From NCBI GenBank assembly GCA_012295275.1, contig CM022671.1, positions 9,114,001-9,178,000 on the forward strand: 64,000 nt of DNA, given 5' to 3'. This stretch comes from Chrysomallon squamiferum (lineage: Eukaryota > Animalia > Mollusca). How positions within the stretch are numbered: the stretch's first letter is position 1; the number at the start of each line of letters is the position of its first letter. A program made the position numbers and the translations under genes. Below, one piece after another: positions 15,301 to 27,280 of this stretch. The notes beneath the pieces are model-generated. The model saw nothing but the letters and a program-made list of their open reading frames with translations, ran no database searches and was not told where the DNA came from.

Positions 15301-16384
15301 TAGCAGATGTCTTTAGTCTCTGTAATAAGAACAAATGAGCACTGAACTGCTGTTAAAGGTTTCATTGTTTAATTCATCCATCTTATTCATCATCCTTCTT
15401 AGTCTAGTGACTGTGATTGAGCATCCAGACCGAGTGTCCTACCAGATGTTGCAGCTGCCATTTTTATAAATCTTTTCTCTTATTCATCATGTCCTTCTGA
15501 GCCAAAATGAGATTTTAAAATGTTCTATTATTGAAAACCCCCCACAAAAAAACACTTAAATATATATATGTTGTTTGCAGTAATTATGATGTTTCTTTAT
15601 TAAAAAATTCCTGAGATTTTAATTTATTAAATTTTTATTTTATCCTGATCACTATCATAAAGAATGCAGACTGAGAGTAAAGGCTTTTGAATATATTTCT
15701 GACTGATGACAGTCTGAAGATATGATTAAATTTTGTTTTCATTTGATAAAGATTAAAGTGTGTCTTTTATTATTATTATTAAAAAAATATATATATGCAT
15801 TAAAAACTATTAAAATGTTAGACAGTTATAATCTGATTTTTATAAAAAACATATTTATTTAAAAACTTACTATTTTACATGCATGTTAATATCTTTCTGT
15901 AATATTTTTCTTCAGTTTCAAGGAATTTCTTTCAGTTTCATATTTTTTTGTTAAAAATGTTTGCATAATTTAATTTTTTAATTATTTTTTAAACTGGAGA
16001 AAATTGCTTGGGTTTCTGAGTATTTTTTTGGAAAGGTGAATTCTGTGTGTCAAATGTGCAATAACTGAAAATCAATGAGTGAAGACTCCTACTGGACTCT
16101 GTTACTCACTTGTCACAATCAATTACTCTGAACTGAGAACACAGAATAAACATTTCCTCAGCTCAAACACCAAATACAATCAAACTCTTTTTGCAGGTTT
16201 CATTTTTTTGCTCAAATGCTATCCAATATCGTGTTGTTCTTATGTATCTCTCTGTCTCTTTCTCTCTCTCTCTCTGTCTATCTCAATTTAAAATGATATA
16301 CTGTACGATAACTTACAATTGGCATGATAAACATACATATATATATATATATATATATAGACAGGTAGGTAGGTATATAGATAG

Positions 16385-16452
<68 letters not shown>

Positions 16453-16616
16453 AAGAGTTTTATACATATATATATACACATATATGTACATATACATACT
16501 TATTCTGAAAGGTGAACAAAATTACACATATTAGGTTGGATAAATCTATACAAATATCTTAATATTATAAAGAGTAATGAACTTTAGTTCCAGCCCATTA
16601 GATATGTTGAAATACT

Positions 16617-16659
<43 letters not shown>

Positions 16660-19600
16660 ACACACACACACCACCCATTTTTTTTTTTTGTCGTCCACAT
16701 ATTTTTGCATCGTCCATTTATCCAAATAATTCCTGATCCATTAGTGTGTCCATCCATCCCATTCATTCATCCATCCATCCATCCATCCATCTCTCTGAAC
16801 CCAGATCTCTCTCAGTCTCTGCTCTATTTCGCACAGTATTGGGTTTTTTTATTAAGGTCTCTCTGCAAATTGTGATTCATATAAGCTAATGTGCTTCACA
16901 GACTTTAATAATTAATATTAACTGTGGGAATAGATCCTGACAGCTCAGCTGGAAGAGGTTTTGGCTTTGAAACCAGAAATGCTGTTTAAAATCCTATCAT
17001 TGGAAATCTTGTAAATGTTTATGTTTTTATTGTGTCAATTGTATAAGCATCCAGTTATGTTTTATCTTCCAAGTAATGCTCATAGTTTGACAGACAGATA
17101 AAAAGATAGATAGATAGCTATAGATAGACAGATAAATATATAGATAGACAGATGGATAGATAAAATACATGGGTGGATGGATGGATGGATAGACAAATAT
17201 ATAGAAAACATACTGAACATACAGATATATAAAGTTGACTGTTCTTTCTTTCTCCACACTAAAACAAAAGGTGATAAATGACTTTGAGAAATGATGAAAT
17301 GATTGTGAGATCATTGTGACTAGAAAATTGAATCTGAAGTGCCATCTTCAGCGCTGTTGTCATGGCACCATTATGTAAAATGAAGAGTCAAACTGATCAA
17401 CCACATCGTCGCTGTCATCGTGTACTTTAAAGAAAAGTACGCAGATGCTTTTAGTTTCAGGTCATGTCATTAAGTTTGTGTGTTAAAGTGCTTTCACACT
17501 TAACAACTTTTAGTAACAGCTGGTATTACTGTTATTAACTTTTAGCATTAAGCTGTTTTCAGACAATTTATAGCAATAATAAAATTGGGAGAGAGAATAT
17601 ATCACAACAGATTTCTTAGTAAATTATCACAGATGTTAACGTTCAATGTTACGCTGTTTTCATACTGTACAACTTTTAGTAACAACTGATAGAACTGAAA
17701 TAAGATATTGGATCAGAGACTATATCAGAATGGATGTGTTTAATCATTGTTAAATTTCAGTGTTAAGCTGTTGTCACACTGTACAATGTTTAGTAACATC
17801 TGATATGATATTGATACAGAGTAATGTTAGAGTTAATTCTTTTTGTTTGTTATATCTTATTGATTTTAAATCTGTGATTAGTATTAAGCTATTTAACATC
17901 TGGATGGGAAAACTGATTTGTGATGAATCAGAGAGAGTTTGCATTTGTCCAAATCTTTCTTGAAAAACATGATGAACATTAAGATGCTTTCACACTACGC
18001 AATGTTTAATAATTTATATACTGAAGATGTAGCAATGATTTAGTTATTCTTTCAGTTATTATAAACATTACACATATGACATAATTTAAAAAACCCTCTT
18101 GAGCTAATTATTTTAAGTTTTATTTGAATTTTGAAGTATACATGACATATTTAGGCTGTTTGTTCCCTCAGCCTAAAATGCACATTAAAACAATATGCTG
18201 AGATATTTTTAAATTCAGATACTTATTTTCTTCTGGTAATCCTATATTTAAGTGCTGTAAATTCACAAAGATTTTATGTTTTGCATAAATTACAGAACTG
18301 TATCCTGCCACATTTGAATATTGTTAGTGTCAGATAGAAAAGATTCAAGGTTGAGTGTCCACTCACAAAACTAACTTTGTAAAATGCTGAAATGCACACT
18401 CAAAACACTGAAAACATGGATGAGAGTGAAGTTTAATTTGCAAGAACAGTTTGGCACTTCCAATGTCCTGTTTACAGCAGATTTTCCAACTTTCAGTGAT
18501 ACAACTTCCATCAAAATAGCAACTTATTCAATGCTTTTATCTGCTGTATAATTGATTTATATCCGTTGTAATTCAATAGATGTCTTTTTATTAAATTTGT
18601 GCTGTTTCAAAATAAACTGTTTTGGTCTAAAAAATGTACACTGTTTAACTATAGGAGGTTTCATACATTATGAATTTTGCTGCTTAAATATAGGATTACA
18701 TTTCTTTCTTACAATTAAATGCTGTATACAATTAAAATGTTTTATGAAAACAAATGTTTAATAATTAATTTCATAATCAGAAACATGAATCAGAGCTGTT
18801 GTTAATGCTTAGAGGAATTAATTAATTTTAATAAACAGATTTTACTGTTTTATGTCATATTTATTTTTTATCAGTTATCAATTATCAGTTACTTAAAGTA
18901 AGAGAATACAATAAAGGAATAGGATAAACATTTATCAGTATAATCAGCACTTAATTTAACAGATATATGCAAATAATGTCAGTGAAGTTTATTTTAAGTA
19001 ATATTTATCTATTATAGTTAAACTAATATTGAAATAAACAGATCAAGTCAAATAATATGAATAAATGAATGTTTTTTTATAAAAATATTATATTAATTGT
19101 TTTTTTTATTATATCTCTGTATTGAAATTAATAGGTCTGGTTGAATTATGTGAATGAACCTAAGATCTATTAATTTATATTTTGTATAAAGTAATAATTA
19201 AATTAAAATATCTAGTTAAATAGAATGACTGAATGAAAATGTGTTTTAAGACATATTCATCTGTTTTTCAGAAATTAATACTGAAATTAATAGATCTAGT
19301 CAAATAACATTTGTTTAAAGACATATTCATTTATTTTTAAATTAATACATCTGTTAATAAATATCTATTTTTCTGTTATCTTAATCAATAGCATATGAAT
19401 TTATGTAAATAATTTGATTGAATTATTGTTAATTTATAGACATACTAAATTATTTTTCAGTCTGTTTAATCATTACTGATGTTAATAGATCTATATAGAT
19501 ATCCGTAAATGAATATTAGTTTTAGAAATTATTTATCAATCAGTTTAATGCTGAAATTAACGGATTTGTACAAATAGCCTGAATGAATGAATCTTTGTCT

Positions 19601-22506
19601 TAACATTTCCTTTTATTTTAATTATTTCTAATTATTATTGAAACAAGCATATCTACCTGAAAATGCATTTTTTTAAATATATTTTTTTAAATTTAATACT
19701 GAAATTAATAGACGTAGTCAAATTATATGATTGAATAAATAATTTTAAAGATATATTAATTTATTTACCTGCCATTGTAATGAATATCAAACAATGATAT
19801 AAGAATAACATATTTATTAATTTCTTATGAATCCCAGTCAAAAGTAATATCAGCATGAAAGAATCAGTATAAGTTTAAAGATGTCAAATGCATTTTTCTG
19901 TCAATGGTTCTTAGATATCAGTCATTTATGTTTGAACTGATAATTAAATTTTTGTCAGAGGAAACAAGTTGTGTACATTATAAATATTCTCATCAGTTAG
20001 TAGTGCATTTTTATACAGATATGTAAGAACATGCCAAATATTTTGATATATATATGTGTGTGGAGCTTTCGTTTGGAATGGGAATTTAACAGCTGGAAAT
20101 ACTAAGGAGGATTGATCCTACTTCCCATAGATAATAATCTTATCATAGGGTGTTTACTAGTAACATAACACAGACTTAACCAATTAGTACCATGTTTTGT
20201 TATCTGATTTCTAGTTGTGACTAACAATAAAATAGAAAATATAGATTTTAAGAAATAATATTTGAACAATTATAATGTTTATTTTATTGTTGTTTTATTT
20301 TATTTTATTTTATTTTATTTCATTTCATTTTTTAAAAATACTTTTCTTAAATTAAAACTTTAAATATATTTAATTTTTTTATGAAAAAAAAAGCATTTTA
20401 AAAGTAATCTTTTTATTCAGTGTATCACAAATTTGTAATAAACAGAAAAATTACAACATCATAAAAATGTTCAAATATTAAGTAAAATTTTAAAATGAAA
20501 TTATTTTAAGAAAAGGCTTCTGTCACAAATCACAAAAATTAAACATTAATATCTAAAATTTTATTTTGCAGCTTATTACACCAAAGTTTCCTGTGGTTGT
20601 CAAAATTGGCCACGCCCACTCAGGAATGGGAAAGGTGAGATGTACTTTATTTTAATCATATATTTTCAATATCTTCTAACTGCTTTCATAAGTCAAGGAT
20701 CATTACAAATATATATATATATATTTTTTTTTTAAATATTATTTTAAATTTTGCCATTCATTAAAATAAATTTACTTGAAAAATCATTTATTTTATTTTA
20801 AACTGGATATTTAAAAATACTTAATTTATAAAATAAATATCTCAAACAATGATAATATTAGAAAAAAAAAAAAAAGTATTACAATAGTGATAATATCAGA
20901 AATGAATAATACACAATCAATGATAATATCAGAACTAAATAATACACAGTGACAATATCAGAAATAAGTATACACAATCAGTGATAATATCAGAAATAAA
21001 TAATTCATAGTCAATGATAACCTCAGAACTAAATAATATCAGAAATAAATACTACACAATCAGTGATAACATCAGACATAAATACTACACAATCAGTGAT
21101 AATATCAGAAATCAATAACACACAAGTGGTGATAATGTAAACAAATTAATAATACAATCACATTGTCAGAAGTAACATCACAATCAATGGTAACAGCAGA
21201 AACAAATAACAGACAGTCAGTGATAACATCTTTAATTCATCCAGTATTGATCATTAATATTGAGTAAGTGTTGAGAAAACAGTACATTGGTCAGCACGGA
21301 ATATACTGCACTCCAAACACAAATCAGATGAGTATGTGATTGCTTTTAGGTTCTGAGTAACCATTAGGTTTTCATCACAAAACCTTTCACTAGCCTGACT
21401 GCCAGGGGAAGATGTCTCTCATGTAATTACTCTTTGATTACCCTGACTCTTCTGAAACGAGACACACCCTTTAATATAATGCTTCCTCTTGATGCAGCCT
21501 CATCATTTTTTTGCTGGTCAGATGAAAAAGTCTCGTTCAGTTATGGATTTTGTCTCTTGGTCATGATGCTCCTGTTGTGCCAGTAGATTAGTCTGGTAAA
21601 GACAAAGACCTCTATTATTATCAGAGTGTTTTTTTGTTTGTTAACATACTAACAAGTTAAGACCACAGTGAGGTTATTGGATTAAGCTTGTAAACAGAAA
21701 AACAGTGGAACACATCTTAAAGTTATTTTCTGACTTGGTGACAAGTTAAATTGAAGTAAGATCTTTGGATTATATTTTTAAAAAGAAAAAAACAACAAAA
21801 ATGAAACAAACTAAAACTAACAAGCTAACATAGCATCAAGGTTACTGGTATTAAATTATATTCCTCAAAACTCAAAATTCAGATCTGAAGCTGTTTTCTA
21901 AAATAGGAGCATGCTAACCCAGCAGAAGTATAATGTATTAAAAACAATATAAGATCTAAATAGAATTTATATTTATGGTCTAAAAGTATTTACTTACTTA
22001 CTAACAAAACTAACACACTAAAATAGGCTGGTAAAGTGAAAAATGTAAGTTTATTAGTAAAGGCTATAATTATTTACTATAAGTAATCATTAGATTCTGT
22101 TTGAAACCAATTTAAAATTATACTTCATTAACTACTAACATACTAACAAATCAGTATCATATTGAAATTAAAATTTTGTTATCATCTATTGAAATTCTTT
22201 AGAATAACCATGACATTTAAATATATGACTAGAAAAATATCCTTAAATAACATTAATGGTGTATTTTTAATTGAATTTATTCATAAATATAGTTTATTTA
22301 TTTATTAATTTTATTCTTTTGTCTAAAGTGGCATAAATATTTTTGTAATATTGTTGATATCTGTAAACATTAAAAATGCAGAAAATAATTCAAAGATAAG
22401 AGTAGTGGAAAAAAGTAAATTAAAGTTTATTTTGATATTTCTGTTAGATTGTATTTATTGTTCAAAACTAATTGAAATATTTATTACATTGTTATTGTTA
22501 TTGTTA

Positions 22507-22576
<70 letters not shown>

Positions 22577-24922
22577 AGCAGTTAACTACCAGTCTTTTCT
22601 TGAAATATTCATGGGATATTGATTTTTTAAAATAATATTAAATAATGAAACAGTATTTGTATTCATAATGATAATTTTATATTTTAATATTTATTTCTAT
22701 TTTTTTCTGGTGATTTTAAAATTAAATATAATAATCTTGCTAAAATCATGAATTAAAATGTGCAATGGCTTTTTAAAATGAAACCACCAATGGCATCTGT
22801 TTTATCATGTTTTGGATTAGTGAAATGGAATATAATTTAAAAAAAAAAATAATAAAATAATTTTTAAAAATATTAGATTTCTTTAGTAAGAAGAATTTTC
22901 GGAATTTATATATCTCAGTACATTAAATGTTTAAGTATTCTAAAATCCATTTTTAAATTAAAAATAATACATTTCAGAACTCTGAGGGTTTTTTTAATTT
23001 ATGAGATAATATTTCCAGTTTTTACAATTATTAATTTCTAAAATAATATAATTAATAAAATTGAGAAATATATTTTGAGTTCTAAAGCAATTTTTATAAA
23101 TAAACATTCCTAATTTTATATGCATTTTTTTTTTACTTCTACATTAAAATTCACATTTTATAATTTTTACAAAATTTTCTTGCAAATATATATTGCTGAT
23201 TTCCAAAAAACAAATACGATTTTCTGATTTCCAAAAATTCAGAATTTTAGAAAGCAGTATTTCTCTCAATTTCTAAATCCAAGATTAAATAAAAAGTTAC
23301 AAGAATTATTTTTCCGCACTCAGATGAAGATAGACACTGCTCACAGTTTTCAAGATATTGCGAGCGTAGTGGCCATAACGCAATCATATGCCACCACGGA
23401 GGCGTTTGTCGAAGGAAAATATGACATCCATGTCCAGAAAATTGGAAACAATTACAAGGCCTACTTGTAAGTGAAGTGTGAATATCACTTACATGTGGCT
23501 GTTTTCATTATCTGTCTGTATGCAGGTAAAAAACACTGGGTGTCTGTCCATCTGTTTGTCCTCCACATGTCACTGGATGTTTTGTTTGTTAAACGATGGT
23601 GAAGAAAAAAAAAAAAAGATTGAAAACTTAAATTACTAAATTTCAATAATTATACAGAAGGAACCAGCAATGTTTATTGATAAATATTGATAAGTTCACT
23701 TTATAAATTACAATAATCATGTAAAAGAAACCAGCAGTCTTTCTTGATAAAGTATGTTTGGTTTTTTTTATTTACAAGTACATAAAGACTGAAAACTTTA
23801 ATTTATTAATTTCAAAATTTTTAAGAAGGAACCAAAATGTTTATTTATATAGCATACATGTTTGATAAATGGTTTAATTTCTAAACTTCAGTAACTATAT
23901 AAAAGAAAATAATACTGTTTATTTATAAAATATGAATAGTTTGTAAATATCAATATAATTATATCAAAAGAAACAGTAAAATTTATTTAATATATGATGT
24001 TTGATAAATGGTTTTAATTTCTAGATTTTTAAAATTATATATTAGGAACTAAAATTTATAGAGTATATAAAGTATGATTAATGTTTAAATCAGAATAATT
24101 ATATAAAACAAAAATGTATATTATATCTTTATTGATGAGATTTTTCATGAGCTGAAAGTTCTGACTTAATTTGTTTAAGATATCCATTTGTGTTAGGTTT
24201 CTATCATAAACAATCAAAAAAAAAAAAAAAAAAAAGCCAACAAAAATGACAATAATAATAATAATAATAAACAAAAAAAATATTTATAAAAATGTAATCT
24301 GAATTAGATTTTTATAATGCCGTTTTAACAAAATAATATCTCATTTTGCACAAAAGAGAAAAGTTAGAATATATAAAAAATAATTAGTATAGACATTTTT
24401 TTGTGATAATTATTATTTTTTATAAGACAGACTTATGTTCTCAGACCACACAAAATTATCTAAATGGACACCTGATGTTTTTTACCTGTAATTCTGGGTG
24501 TCTTATTTTTTTATTTAGCACTTTGTATTAGCCATGGATGTTTATAATAGAAAACCTTTTTTGAAATTATTATATATATTATTTATTTCGACTCATACCC
24601 AGTAGTTCTGTTATCCTTTAGTTATTGAACATTAGTTTTGAAAATCACAAGTAGAAACTATTTAACTACAAGTCTGCTTTTTATGTCATTTTGTGAAGTC
24701 CAAATTGCTAATGGCTGCTGCAGTTTTAACATTTGAAATGACTGTTACAAAAAAATCAAAGTTAAAAAAAAAATCAAAGAAAGGACAAACACTGTTAACT
24801 GAAAATTGAATTTAGCAATATTGAAAATCTAATATTACACTCTTCAGGGAATTTACTGGCTCAAAATATTATACACATAGTCATCAACATTTTCACATAC
24901 AACACACATACATACATACAAA

Positions 24923-24953
<31 letters not shown>

Positions 24954-24954
24954 A

Positions 24955-24985
<31 letters not shown>

Positions 24986-26431
24986 TTCACATTGACAAAG
25001 AAATGCATTTTTGAATGTATATTTATTTTATCATATTAATTCAAATTGTATTTCTTTAAATTTAAATTTTCTTGGGAATACTAATATTTAAATACAATTT
25101 TGTTTGTTTTCTTTAAATAACAAATAAATTAAACTAATGAAATGTTTCACTTTTTAAAAGAAAATAAATCATTTTTTTTTTTTTTTTTTAATTAATAAAT
25201 TCTTAAGACAACTTAATATTTCACATTTTCTAACAATAAAAACAATAAGTTTTTTAAATCTCCATTTCTACTTATACACATCCATGGCTTCATTTTCATG
25301 TACTGCATGCTTGCGTGGTCTTTCTGTTTAGCTACCATTTTTGACTTTTTCGGCTATACACGCAGGTTAGGATAGGCAGCCATTATGATTTTCAAGACAT
25401 CGCGGGTGTTGTGGCAGTTAGTTGCAGCTACTCCACAACAGAACCGTACATTGATGCCAAATTCGACATTCACGTTCAGAAGATAGGGACATTTTACAAG
25501 GCTTTCATGTAAGTGCTTGTTTCTGCCTAGCCTAGCCTCGTGAATTAGATTGTTCAGTGTTTGTTTTTTTTGTGGTTTTTTCAGCTGTAGCTTTCTGTTG
25601 TGTGTGGCTTTTCCTTTGTAAGTTGCTTCTGTGTGATACATTTTGATTGTGTTGCTTGAGTGTTGTGTTAAAAAAAAATTATGTGTTGCTTATGTGGGGT
25701 GTGTTTATTTGATGTCTTTATTTGAACTTCATGGTTTTAAAATTAAAATAGAAGTTAGAATTAATTACTTTTGAAAATGTTCATCATCATTATCATTATT
25801 AGTAGTATTATTAACTGCCAATACTGCTATAACTACTTTATTATTAATATTATTGTCATTATCATTCATTATTATTATTATTATTACAAAAACCCTTTTA
25901 TTATTAACAAAACATTGTACACACACACACACACACACATATAAATGTGTGTATGAATGTAAAATATATATAATGTTAGGAAAGTGGTTAATGGCTAATG
26001 GAAGTGTTAATTTACTAATTTACTAACCTACTAACAGGCTTTTTCTCTCCCTCACCTAACAGGATAACTGCATTTTCCCATTAGGGTCTACTTAAATGCT
26101 GTCTGTTTGACACGTAATTAAGAATGATAATTAAATTACAGGCAGACATTAATCACATTACATAAAACTCATCAGAAGGTCAATAAACAATGTTTGGGTC
26201 ATTTTGACCAATACTCAAACAGGTCATCACTCTGTTATCTGTGTAGAAAATGTCAAGATATAAATGAACTGCTTGTCTCACTGAAAGTATGGAAACAGGC
26301 TGAAAAATGCTGGTGGAAATGGTGGTAATAATAATAGTAATAACAACAAATAATAATAATAATAATAGTAATAGCAACAACAAATAATAATAATAATAAT
26401 AATAATAACAACAACAACAACAACAATAAAA

Positions 26432-26498
<67 letters not shown>

Positions 26499-27245
26499 TG
26501 AAGGAAATTTGACCTATATTGTGAACATCATAAAATAAATATCTGATCATATCTTTTGATGGAAAATGCTTCAGATGCATATGCGCACATACATACCTAC
26601 TCAAATATATATATATATATATTCACAGTGGTTTCTATTTATCACATAAAACTGACATCATTAATACTTTATTTTAATAGTTGAATGATTTGTCAGTGAA
26701 ATTACTATTACTGCTAGTACTATACTAATGCATAAAATATGAAATTAGTGTAGAAATCATCAGCTGTTCTGAATTAAGGTAATTTTGATTTTGGACATCA
26801 GAAGGGTTTGTTCTGAGATCTGAACTTGGCATCAAGAGTGCTTTACCACCTTTAATTTAAATTTTGTCAGTTTATCATTTTAATCAGATAATAACATTTT
26901 AAGAAAAAAAATTGTATGAATTCATATTGTTCTGTGTTTTTGTTGTGTATGGTTTTGTGTTGTGTTTTGATACTGTTTGATATTTGTTGTGAGTAATATA
27001 CACTGTGTATTTAGAGTTCTGTTTTTCATCTTTATCAGTTAAGTGTTTATATTTCATTCATTAGAAGGTGACGAAGTTAACAATATGTTCATGTATTTTA
27101 GTATTGTTTTCATTTCTTATTTATTAATTCTTTGATTTTTAATCACAGCTAGTCATGTCTGTATGTATGTGGATGGCCAGTGTATGTACATTTGAATGCA
27201 TGTACACACACATACATACATACAAACATACATACATACATACAC

Positions 27246-27280
<35 letters not shown>

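Noticed and set aside
25354-25641. 95-aa minus-strand ORF
   Set aside because: Antisense shadow of synapsin exon 7b plus the T-rich intron.
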